Shown here piece after piece: positions 1 through 8,036 of a DNA stretch of 12,059 nt. The notes beneath the pieces were generated by a model. It did not search any database and had not been told where the DNA came from. It saw nothing but the letters and a program-made list of their open reading frames with translations. The first letter of the stretch is position 1. Each line of letters opens with the position of its first letter. The position numbers were made by a program, and so were the translations under genes. Origin of the DNA: Thermoanaerobaculia bacterium (GTDB lineage Bacteria; Acidobacteriota; Thermoanaerobaculia; Multivoradales; UBA5704); NCBI GenBank assembly GCA_044226625.1, contig JBGAGQ010000114.1, positions 1 through 12,059 of the forward strand. The letters are read 5' to 3'.

Positions 1-732
1 CTCGACCTCGAGCGAATTGAGCCCCGCGATGCGCACGATCGCGCCGGTCGACTGCTGGCTGGTGAAGCCGCCGGGAGCGACCATCTCGCCCACCTCGACG
101 TTGCGTTCGATCACCACGCCGGAGAGCGGTGCCCGGATCACCGTGTAATCGAGCTGGGCGACGTCGGCGCGGAGGGTGGCCTTCGCGGTTTCGACCTGGG
201 CTTTGGCGATCGCGAGGGCGGTCGCCGCGGAATCGGCGGCCGCCTGGGTCACCACCCCTTCCGAAACAAGCCGCTGCTGCCGGCCGTTCTCTCGCTCGGC
301 ATCGGCCGCCCGGGCCTCCGCCTCGGTCAGGCGCGCTTTGGCCTGGTCGATTTGGGCACGCAGGTCGGCGCTGTCCAGTACAGCGATCACGTCGCCCTTC
401 GAAATCCGGTCTCCCTCGTCGACCTTGAGCTGGACCACTCGGCCGATCACCCTCGAGCCGACCGCCGCACGATCTCGGGCGTAGGTATATCCGGTGGCGG
501 TGAGAACGGTCGAAGCCTCGGTCGGTGTCACCACCTGGACGGTGGTCGTGTCGACCTTGGGCAAGAGAAAGGGAGCCGGCGCGAGCCAGGCCCAGGCGGC
601 CGCCCCGCCGAGCAAGAGCACGACGATCACCCAGCCCAGATGGCGCCGCGGTGGGGCCTCATAGGCCGCGCGATCCATGCGCAGGGCGGACAGGTCGGGA
701 CGTGCTTTGGGTGCGGTCGGCTCGGCGCTCAC
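1..732 (-). CDS. Efflux RND/MacA-type periplasmic adaptor (membrane fusion protein); 3' end lies beyond the left window edge
   Basis: Hand translation of the minus strand from GTG at 732 (AAGGAG SD upstream; in-frame TGA upstream at 751-753) gives MSAEPTAPKARPDLSALRMDR..., one TM anchor (LGWVIVVLLLGGAAAWAWLA), a lipoyl-like half motif (GRVVQLKVDEGDRISKGDVIAVLD), an Ala-rich helical hairpin and the second half motif (AQLDYTVIRAPLSGVVIERNVEVGEMV). The frame is open to position 1. Confidence 0.92.
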   Translation of the reverse strand, partial: MSAEPTAPKARPDLSALRMDRAAYEAPPRRHLGWVIVVLLLGGAAAWAWLAPAPFLLPKVDTTTVQVVTPTEASTVLTATGYTYARDRAAVGSRVIGRVVQLKVDEGDRISKGDVIAVLDSADLRAQIDQAKARLTEAEARAADAERENGRQQRLVSEGVVTQAAADSAATALAIAKAQVETAKATLRADVAQLDYTVIRAPLSGVVIERNVEVGEMVAPGGFTSQQSTGAIVRIAGLNSLEVE

Positions 733-822
733 GGTCGAATCTCCTTCGGTTCAAACGAAATGGCGATGGGGGACTGGGAAAATGTGGCGCAAGGAGATAC
801 GGGGAAGCGCCCGCCGAGTTCT

Positions 823-1236
823 TTAGGCGGTTGTTCTCCGAGATTTCGGGCTTGGAGTGTAGATCGCACAGGAGGTGTCGGTCTCCCAAACGTCCACCTG
901 AGCCACCCGAACGTCGCGGTCTACCGCGCCTTCCCCCTCGGCCAGACGTCTCGAGACCTCCTCGCAGACGTACTGAGCGATCAGCTCCGCCGTCGTGTTC
1001 CGGACGTCGAACGGCGGGATGTCGTTGAGGACGCGATGGTCGAACGGCCCGATCACCTCGGCCATGATCGCTTTGAGATCTGCGAAGTCGAGCACCATCC
1101 CCAGCTCGTCCAGGCGCTCGGCGGACAGGTGGACCCGCACCCGGTAATTGTGCCCATGCAGGTTCTGGCACCCTCGGGTGTGACCGCGGATCGCGTGCGC
1201 CGCCGAAAACGGGAAGTCCTTGAAGATCGTGAACAT
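823..1236 (-). CDS. queD: 6-carboxy-5,6,7,8-tetrahydropterin synthase (QueD/PTPS family), 137 aa
   Basis: MFTIFKDFPFSAAH...GCQNLHGHNYRVRV...GMVLDFADLK...FDHRVLND...NTTAELIA...VWET: CxxxHGH catalytic/Zn motif plus the LDF, DH, TAE and WET family motifs. ATG at 1236 preferred over the track's longer start at 1290. Confidence 0.93.
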   Translation of the reverse strand: MFTIFKDFPFSAAHAIRGHTRGCQNLHGHNYRVRVHLSAERLDELGMVLDFADLKAIMAEVIGPFDHRVLNDIPPFDVRNTTAELIAQYVCEEVSRRLAEGEGAVDRDVRVAQVDVWETDTSCAIYTPSPKSRRTTA

Positions 1237-1289
1237 GATTGACGAAAGCCCCAGGAAGGTCCCACGAACCCGCCCGCGGGCAGCCCGCA

Positions 1290-1318
1290 ATCGTTTCGCG
1301 CCCCGGGGTCGGCGTCAA
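1290..1318 (-). promoter_or_regulatory. Possible sigma70-type promoter for queD
   Basis: Minus strand TTGACG-N17-AACGAT, ending about 53 nt upstream of the queD ATG; good -35, imperfect -10. Confidence 0.3.
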
Positions 1319-1416
1319 GGGGAGAGAACGAGCCGGCCGCAGGCACCTCCCGGCTCTCCGTAGAGGAGAGGGGGAACGGGAAGGTCCACTTCCGTCCGCC
1401 GGCAGCCCGCTTCGAG

Positions 1417-1441
1417 GAAACTCTCGGCCTCTCGCTGCGTT
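1417..1441 (+). promoter_or_regulatory. Candidate ECF sigma-factor promoter upstream of the permease pair
   Basis: GAAAC-N16-CGTT, the classic AAC...CGT ECF pattern, ending 47 nt before the ATG at 1489 and followed directly by the palindrome ACTACC-TG-GGTAGT (1442-1455). Confidence 0.45.
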
Positions 1442-1488
1442 ACTACCTGGGTAGTCCTCAACCGGGGACGCTCTTGGAGGCCACGCCG

Positions 1489-3906
1489 ATGAAAGACTTC
1501 ACGACCGACCTGCGCTTCGCCTGGCGGAGCCTCTGGAAGAATCCCGCTTTGACCGCGATCGCGGTGGCCGCCCTGGCGCTCGGCATTGGAGCGAACACGG
1601 CGATCTTCTCCGTCGTCTACGGAGTGCTGCTCAAGGCGCTGCCGTTTCCGGAGCCGGAGCGGGTGATCCGGCTGGTCGATTCGAACCCGAGCGCGAGCCT
1701 GCCCCGCTTTTCGACCGCGCCGCCGGATTTCGCCGACTGGCGGGCGCAGAACCGAGTCTTTTCGCACCTCTCCGCCAACCATCGCGACAATCTGAACCTG
1801 ACCGGCGACGGCGAGCCCGAGCGGCTCCTGGCGGCGCGAGTGAGCGGCGACTTCTTCAACGTCTTCGGGGCGAAGCCGCTCTTGGGTCGGCCCCTTCTGC
1901 CCGCCGAGGATACTCCGGGCGGGCCGAAGGTGACCGTGCTCTCCTACAAGCTGTGGCAGCGCCGCTTCGGCGGAGACCCGGCCATCGTCGGCAAGCGATT
2001 GGTCCTGAACGGCGAGTCCACCTTGGTGGCTGGGGTGATGCCGGCGAGCTTCGAGATTCCGCAACGGACCGAGTTATGGGTGCCGATGCAACTCAAGATC
2101 GAAGAGGACCAGAGGGGCGGTCATTTCCTCCAGGTGACCGGACGGTTGAAGCCGGGGATCTCGATCGAACGGGCGCAGAGCGAGTTGACGGGAATCGCAG
2201 CGCGGCTCGCAAAAGCCCACCCGGATACGAACGAAGGATGGGGAGTCAACCTGATTCCCGTTCGCGATCTGATGGTCGAGGACATCCGGCCCGCCCTGTT
2301 GGTCCTGCTCGTCGCCGTTGGCCTCGTGCTCCTGATCGCCTGCGCGAACGTGGCGAATCTCCTCCTCTCCCGGCTCGCCGCGCGGGAACGGGAGGTGGCC
2401 GTACGCACAGCCCTGGGTGCGGGACGTGGGCGCCTGGTCCGCCAGTTCTTGACCGAGAGCACGCTGCTCTCCCTCGTCGGCGGGCTCCTTGGCGCGTTGC
2501 TCGCCTGGCGCGGCACGCCCCTTCTCCTCTCCCTGTTCAACAACCGCATCCCGCGCGCCCAGGAAATCGGAGTCGACGGTACGATCCTCGCGTTCACCCT
2601 CGGGCTGTCCCTCGCGACCGGCCTCCTGTTCGGTTTCCTGCCGGCCCTACATGCTTCCAAGTCCGATCTCCAGAGCTCTCTGCGCGACGGCGCCAAGGGC
2701 TCCGGAGACCGGCGGGGCCGACGGACGCGCTCGGTCCTGGTCTTCGCCGAGGTCGCGCTCGCGATCGTTCTACTGGTCGGCGCCGGTCTCCTGGTGCGAA
2801 GCCTCTTTGCGCTCCAGAGCGTCGAGCCGGGTTTCAAGGCGGACCACGCGCTTTCGGTCCAAGTCCAGCTCCCCGAATCGAGCTATCGCGAAGAGCCCAA
2901 GCAAGTCGCTTTCTACCGTTCCGTCCTGCCCCGTCTCGCCGCGCTCCCTGGAGTCAAGAACGCTGCGGCTGGATTTCCCCTGCCGTTCTCCGGGAATCGC
3001 TTCATGCTCGCCTTCGCGGCTGAAGGGCAGGCGCCCCCGAAGACGCTCGCCGACATGCCCGCCGCAAACATGGTGTTCGCGTCCCCCGGCTATTTCGCGA
3101 CGCTCGACATCCCGGTCCGCTCCGGGCGGGTGTTCGACGATCGCGACGGAGAAGGGAGCGAAAAAGTGATCGTGGTCAACCGCTCTCTCGCTGAAAAGAT
3201 CTGGCCGGGGGACAGCCCGGTGGGAAAGCGGATCACCTTTGGAGTTCCGGTCAACGCTCAATCCGAATGGCTGAGAGTCGTGGGGGTGGTCGCGGACGTG
3301 CGGCACGCCGAGCTCAACGACGAGCCGGGCCTCCAGGCCTACCTTCCTCTGTTCCAGGCGCCCAGCGGCGAGGCGGCGCTGGTGGTTCGCACGTCCGGCT
3401 CGCCGGCGGCGATGACTGCTGCGGTCTCCGCCGCGATCCGTGAGGTCGATCCCGGACTGCCGGTGAGCTCGCCGAAGACGCTGGATCAGTTGGTCTCCGA
3501 CTCGGTCGCGGCGCCGCGGGCGAACGCGATCCTCCTGGGGCTCCTCGCCGCGCTCGCCTTGGTCCTCGCCGCGGTCGGCGTGTACGGGGTGCTCTCCTAT
3601 TCCGTCGCCCAGCGGACGCGGGAGATCGGTCTACGCATGGCCCTCGGTGCCGCGGACGGCGACGTCCTGCGCCAGATGTTCCGGGAGGGGCTCGCCACGG
3701 TCTCCGCGGGAATCGCGGCCGGTTGGGTCGGTGCCTTCTTCCTTGCCCGGATGCTCGAGAGCCTGCTCTACGGCGTCCAAGTGAGGGATCCCCTGACCTT
3801 CATCGGGGTGCCCGTCATCCTGTTGCTGGTCGCGGTCGTGGCGACCTGGCTCCCGGCGCATCGGGCGACCCGGGTCGAGCCGGTGGTGGCGCTGCGTTAC
3901 GAGTGA
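1489..3906 (+). CDS. ABC transporter permease, MacB/FtsX-type duplicated (ADOP-like), 805 aa, copy 1
   Basis: GGAGG SD at 1476-1480 supports ATG 1489. DLRFAWRSLWKNP...LALGIGANTAIFSVV, LLIACANVANLLLSR...REREVAVRTALGAGRGRLVRQFLTES, second half GVYGVLSYSVAQRTREIGLRMALGA, C-terminus RATRVEPVVALRYE. Two periplasmic plus FtsX repeats; no nucleotide-binding domain. Confidence 0.95.
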   Translation: MKDFTTDLRFAWRSLWKNPALTAIAVAALALGIGANTAIFSVVYGVLLKALPFPEPERVIRLVDSNPSASLPRFSTAPPDFADWRAQNRVFSHLSANHRDNLNLTGDGEPERLLAARVSGDFFNVFGAKPLLGRPLLPAEDTPGGPKVTVLSYKLWQRRFGGDPAIVGKRLVLNGESTLVAGVMPASFEIPQRTELWVPMQLKIEEDQRGGHFLQVTGRLKPGISIERAQSELTGIAARLAKAHPDTNEGWGVNLIPVRDLMVEDIRPALLVLLVAVGLVLLIACANVANLLLSRLAAREREVAVRTALGAGRGRLVRQFLTESTLLSLVGGLLGALLAWRGTPLLLSLFNNRIPRAQEIGVDGTILAFTLGLSLATGLLFGFLPALHASKSDLQSSLRDGAKGSGDRRGRRTRSVLVFAEVALAIVLLVGAGLLVRSLFALQSVEPGFKADHALSVQVQLPESSYREEPKQVAFYRSVLPRLAALPGVKNAAAGFPLPFSGNRFMLAFAAEGQAPPKTLADMPAANMVFASPGYFATLDIPVRSGRVFDDRDGEGSEKVIVVNRSLAEKIWPGDSPVGKRITFGVPVNAQSEWLRVVGVVADVRHAELNDEPGLQAYLPLFQAPSGEAALVVRTSGSPAAMTAAVSAAIREVDPGLPVSSPKTLDQLVSDSVAAPRANAILLGLLAALALVLAAVGVYGVLSYSVAQRTREIGLRMALGAADGDVLRQMFREGLATVSAGIAAGWVGAFFLARMLESLLYGVQVRDPLTFIGVPVILLLVAVVATWLPAHRATRVEPVVALRYE

Positions 3907-3919
3907 GAGGGCCCTTGGG

Positions 3920-6337
3920 ATGAGAGACTTCACGACCGACCTGCGCTTCGCCTGGCGGAGCCTTTGGAAGCATCCGGCCCTGACCGTGATCGCCGCCTCC
4001 GCGCTCGCGCTGGGGATCGGAGCGAATACGGCGATCTTTTCGGTCGTTCACGCGGTCCTGCTCGCCCCTCTTCCTTACCCCGAGCCGGACCGCATCGTCC
4101 GCCTGATCGACACCAACCCCCAGGCGAACCTGCCGCGATTTCCGAGCGCGCCACCGGATTTCGCCGATTGGCGAGCGCAGAACCGGGTCTTCTCGGAACT
4201 CACCGCGATGCGGCGCGGCAACGTCAACCTAACCGGCGAAGGCGATCCCGAACGGCTGGTCGGCGCTCGAGTGTCCGCGGACTTCTTTCCGCTTTTCCGG
4301 GTGCCTGCCGAGCTGGGGCGGACTCTTCTCCCGGAGGAGGATCGGGTTGGCGGGCCGAAGGTCGTCGTCCTATCCCATCGCCTTTGGCAAGGCCGGTTCG
4401 GCGGCGATCCGAAGATCGTCGGCCGGCGCCTCCTTTTCGATGGCGAGCCGACCACGGTGGTCGGCGTCATGCCCGAGGCTTTTGCTATCCCCCAGCGGGC
4501 CGAGCTCTGGCTGCCGCTTCAGCTACAGGTCTCTGACGACTTGCGAGGTGCTCACTTTTTGAGTGTCGCGGGACGCCTGAAGGACGGGGTGACGATCGAG
4601 AAGGCACAGTCCGAGATGAGCGGCATCGCCGCCCGTATCGCGCTCGCCCACCCTGACTCGAACAAGGATTGGGGAGTGCGCCTTCACCCCCTGCGCGATC
4701 TGATGGTCGAGGACGTCCGGCCCGCCCTCTGGGTCCTGTTGGGGGCGGTAGGTCTCGTTCTCCTGATCGCCTGCGCCAACGTCGCGAACCTGCTGTTGTC
4801 GCGCCTGGCGGCGAGGGAGCGCGAGGTCGCCGTACGCTCGGCCCTGGGCGCCGGCCGGGGCCGATTGATCCGCCAGTTCTTTACCGAGAGCCTGCTCCTG
4901 TCCTTATTCGGTGGCCTTCTCGGGGTGCTGCTCGCGTGGCAGGGGACCCACGCCTTGGTGGCCCTCTTCGGCGATCGGGTGCCACGCGCGAACGAGATCG
5001 GCATGGATTCCGCGGTGCTCGGTTTCAGCTTCGCCCTCTCGGTCGGCTGCGGTCTGCTGTTCGGGCTGCTCCCGGCGCTCCACTCCTCGCGCACCGACCT
5101 TCGGTCGTCGTTGTCGGAAGGGGGGCGGGGACAAGCGGGCGATCGTCGCGGTCGGCTGACGCGGCGGGTTTTGGTATTCGCCGAGGTCGCGCTGGCGATC
5201 GTCCTGCTCGTCGGCGCGGGACTTCTCGTGCGCTCGCTGCGCGAGCTGCAACGGGTCGAGCCCGGCTTTGCCTCGACGGGTATCCTCACCGCTGAAATCC
5301 AACTCCCCGGCGCCACGTACGCCCAACCCGAAAGCGTGGACGCTTTCTACCGGGCGCTGCAGCCGCGGCTCGCGGCCGTTCCGGGCGTCGACGCGGCAGC
5401 CGTCACTTCGTCGCTCCCGTTCTCCGGCTCTCGCTCTCTGTTTGCGTTCGAGATCGAAGGCCAGCCGATCCCCGATCTGTCGAACGCGCCGGCTTCGAAC
5501 GCGGCGTTCGTCTCGAACGGCTACCTCTCGGCGCTGAAGATCCCATTGTTGAAGGGAAGGTTCTTCGACGATCGCGACCGGTTCGGCGGCGCTCCGGTGA
5601 TCGTGATCAACCGGACCCTGGCCGAAAAGATGTGGCCTAACCAAGACCCAATGGGTAAGCGCCTCACGTTCGACGTACCGAACGTGCCGAACCCGGTCTG
5701 GCAGACGGTCGTCGGGGTCGTCGGCAACGTCCACACGGGAGACCTCAGCGAAGACCCGGGCATGCAGTCGTACCAGCCGCTGTCCCAGGTGCCGCCGAGT
5801 TCCGCCGGGTTGATCCTGCGCACGGCGGGGGAGCCCGCCGCGCTCGCCTCGGCGCTGGTCCGGGCAGTGCGCTCGGTCGATCCGAGCCTGCCGCTCTCCT
5901 CGGTCCAGACCCTGAGCCGCCGGATCGACGACTCCGTCGCCGCGCCGCGCGCGAACGCGGTCCTCCTCGGGCTCCTCGCCAGCCTGGCGCTCGTCCTGTC
6001 CGCGGTCGGGGTCTACGGCGTCCTCTCCCATTCGGTCGCCCTACGCACCCGCGAGATCGGCCTTCGAATGGTCCTCGGCGCGGGAGGCGGAGAAGTTCTC
6101 CGCCAGATTCTCGTCGAGGGGCTGAGCACGGTGCTCGCGGGGATCGCGGCCGGCCTGATCGGCGCCTACTTCGTCGTTCGCCTACTCGCCAGCCTCCTTT
6201 TCGGCGTCCAGGTTCGGGACCCCTTGACGTTCGTGGGCGTGCCGGTCGTGCTCCTCGTCGTCGCGCTGTTCGCGACCTGGCTCCCGGCGCGCCGGGCGAC
6301 GCGGGTGGAACCGGTCGTGGCGTTGCGCTACGAATAG
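3920..6337 (+). CDS. ABC transporter permease, MacB/FtsX-type duplicated (ADOP-like), 805 aa, copy 2 (tandem paralog)
   Basis: Same motif set and length as copy 1 (MRDFTTDLRFAWRSLWKHP..., LLIACANVANLLLSRLAAREREVAVR, RTREIGLRMVLGA, RATRVEPVVALRYE); starts 13 nt after the copy 1 stop with a purine-rich SD. Confidence 0.95.
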   Translation: MRDFTTDLRFAWRSLWKHPALTVIAASALALGIGANTAIFSVVHAVLLAPLPYPEPDRIVRLIDTNPQANLPRFPSAPPDFADWRAQNRVFSELTAMRRGNVNLTGEGDPERLVGARVSADFFPLFRVPAELGRTLLPEEDRVGGPKVVVLSHRLWQGRFGGDPKIVGRRLLFDGEPTTVVGVMPEAFAIPQRAELWLPLQLQVSDDLRGAHFLSVAGRLKDGVTIEKAQSEMSGIAARIALAHPDSNKDWGVRLHPLRDLMVEDVRPALWVLLGAVGLVLLIACANVANLLLSRLAAREREVAVRSALGAGRGRLIRQFFTESLLLSLFGGLLGVLLAWQGTHALVALFGDRVPRANEIGMDSAVLGFSFALSVGCGLLFGLLPALHSSRTDLRSSLSEGGRGQAGDRRGRLTRRVLVFAEVALAIVLLVGAGLLVRSLRELQRVEPGFASTGILTAEIQLPGATYAQPESVDAFYRALQPRLAAVPGVDAAAVTSSLPFSGSRSLFAFEIEGQPIPDLSNAPASNAAFVSNGYLSALKIPLLKGRFFDDRDRFGGAPVIVINRTLAEKMWPNQDPMGKRLTFDVPNVPNPVWQTVVGVVGNVHTGDLSEDPGMQSYQPLSQVPPSSAGLILRTAGEPAALASALVRAVRSVDPSLPLSSVQTLSRRIDDSVAAPRANAVLLGLLASLALVLSAVGVYGVLSHSVALRTREIGLRMVLGAGGGEVLRQILVEGLSTVLAGIAAGLIGAYFVVRLLASLLFGVQVRDPLTFVGVPVVLLVVALFATWLPARRATRVEPVVALRYE

Positions 6338-6441
6338 GTCCGCCGGAGAGGCGGACTCTCGCGGTGATCCTCTGGCAGGACGGTTGCTTGCCACGGGCGG
6401 CCATGGCGCGTGGATCCTTAGTCCGATTACCCTACGCCGCA

Positions 6442-7215
6442 ATGGCCGGCCGATTCGACGTCGTGATCCCCGCCCGGAACGAGGCGTCCACCGTCGCAGG
6501 CGTGGTGCGGGCGGCTCTTGGCGCCTCGGGCGTGGGCACGGTCTTCGTCGTGGATGACGGGTCGAAGGACCAGACGGCCGCGGTCGCCCGCGCGGCGGGG
6601 GCGGAGGTGATCTCCATTCCGCCCTCGGAGGAGCCGGGGCACAAAGGTCGCGCTCTCGGCGCTGGAGTGGCGGCATCCCCTGCCGACGTCCTGGTCTTTT
6701 TCGACGCCGATCTTTCCGGTGTGGTGCCCCAGCATTTCGAGGAGTTAGCCGCCCCGGTGCTCGACGGACCGTTCGCCCTCTCCTGCGGCGTCCTCTCGTA
6801 CGGGTCCCTGCGCGATCCGATCTTCTTGCGTCTCCCTCCGATCACGGGCCTTCGGGCTCTCCGGCGGGAGGTATTTGCCGCGGTCGATCTTTCGAGCAGT
6901 CGCGGATTCCAGATCGAGATCCTGATCAACGAGGTCGTCGTCCGCCTGGGGGCGCGGAGCTCCGTCCGCACCCTCACCGGCCTCTCCCATCGGACCAAGG
7001 TGGCGAAGCGAGGCTGGCGGCGCGGTCTCCGCGCGAGCGTCGCGATGTGGGGTGACCTCCTGTCCTGTCTGGGGGTGGTTCCGCTCTGGACCTATCCCGT
7101 CTACCTCGAGCGTCTCACGATCTTGCCCCCGGCCCCCACGGGCAAACGACTCGGTTTCGAACCAGGACGAAGCGCGACGAGCGAGGCGTCATCCAGTTCC
7201 GTCGCAGCGCCGTAG
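6442..7215 (+). CDS. Glycosyltransferase family 2 (GT-A fold), about 257 aa
   Basis: DVVIPARNEASTVAGVV, VVDDGSKDQTA, GHKGRAL and the DxD motif in VFFDADL. ATG 6442 chosen because the GT2 domain begins right after it; 6403 and 6364 are alternative starts. Confidence 0.9.
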   Translation: MAGRFDVVIPARNEASTVAGVVRAALGASGVGTVFVVDDGSKDQTAAVARAAGAEVISIPPSEEPGHKGRALGAGVAASPADVLVFFDADLSGVVPQHFEELAAPVLDGPFALSCGVLSYGSLRDPIFLRLPPITGLRALRREVFAAVDLSSSRGFQIEILINEVVVRLGARSSVRTLTGLSHRTKVAKRGWRRGLRASVAMWGDLLSCLGVVPLWTYPVYLERLTILPPAPTGKRLGFEPGRSATSEASSSSVAAP

Positions 7216-7223
7216 GAGTGGAC

Positions 7224-8024
7224 ATGAAACGAAATGCCCTCGCCATTACGCTCCTTGCCCTTCCGGTGCTCGTCGCCCTGCAGCCGACCGCTCTTGCGCG
7301 GGCGGAGGAAGGCCCCGTGGACTACTCCGCCTGGAACCAGTTGCTCGCCAAATACTACGACCCCGCGCAGGGGATGAACTACAAGGCGCTCAAGGCGAAC
7401 GACTCGCCGGCCCTCGCCAAGCTCCGTCAGCAGATGGCGACCGTGGATGTCGCCGCCTTGCCGAAGAACGACCAATTCGCCTATTGGATCAACCTGTACA
7501 ACATCTCGGCGGTCTCCACCGTGGTCGAGGGGTATCCGGTGAAGTCGATCCGCGACCTCTCGACCGATCCGATCATCCGCTTGAACGTGTTCAAGAAGGA
7601 GACGATCGCGATCAAGGGGGGGAAGACCTCGCTCGATGCGATCGAGAACGCCAAGATCCGGGAGGGGTTCAAGGACCCGCGCATCCATTTCGCGATCAAC
7701 TGCGCCGCCAAGACCTGCCCTCCCATTCGCCCCGAGGCCTACGTCGGAGCGCGGATCGGCGCCCAGCTCGACGATCAGGTGAGGAAGTTCATGGCGGGTC
7801 CCTACGGCGCAAAGTTCGAGCGGGACGGCGATTCGCTCACGATCAACGTGACGAAGATCATGGATTGGTTCTCCGCCGACTTCGAGAAGTGGGGGGGAGG
7901 CCGGGCCGCGTTCCTGCGCAGGTTCGTCGCGCCCGACAAGCAGAAGATGATCGACGCGGCCAAAGGTAAGATCGACTTCGAGTTCGCCTCGTACGACTGG
8001 AAATTGAACGACACCTCCAAGTAA
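7224..8024 (+). CDS. DUF547 domain-containing exported protein, 266 aa
   Basis: AGGAG SD overlapping the GT2 stop; signal peptide MKRNALAITLLALPVLVALQPTALARA; DUF547 motifs AYWINLYN, SLDAIENAKIR, DPRIHFAINCAAKTCP, KIMDWFSADF, YDWKLN. Confidence 0.9.
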   Translation: MKRNALAITLLALPVLVALQPTALARAEEGPVDYSAWNQLLAKYYDPAQGMNYKALKANDSPALAKLRQQMATVDVAALPKNDQFAYWINLYNISAVSTVVEGYPVKSIRDLSTDPIIRLNVFKKETIAIKGGKTSLDAIENAKIREGFKDPRIHFAINCAAKTCPPIRPEAYVGARIGAQLDDQVRKFMAGPYGAKFERDGDSLTINVTKIMDWFSADFEKWGGGRAAFLRRFVAPDKQKMIDAAKGKIDFEFASYDWKLNDTSK

Positions 8025-8036
8025 GAGGAGCTCTGC

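Noticed and set aside
352-1242. 296-aa plus-strand ORF
   Set aside because: Antisense shadow of queD and the adaptor gene; no recognisable motifs; such ORFs are expected in high-GC DNA.
1237-1290. preQ1 riboswitch upstream of queD
   Set aside because: No recognisable preQ1-I stem-loop with A-rich tail in the leader.
1321-1400. Short hairpins (e.g. CTCTCC-GTAGA-GGAGAG) as REP or mobile-element ends
   Set aside because: Short stems, single copy in the window, no transposase or target duplication; compatible with chance in GC-rich DNA.
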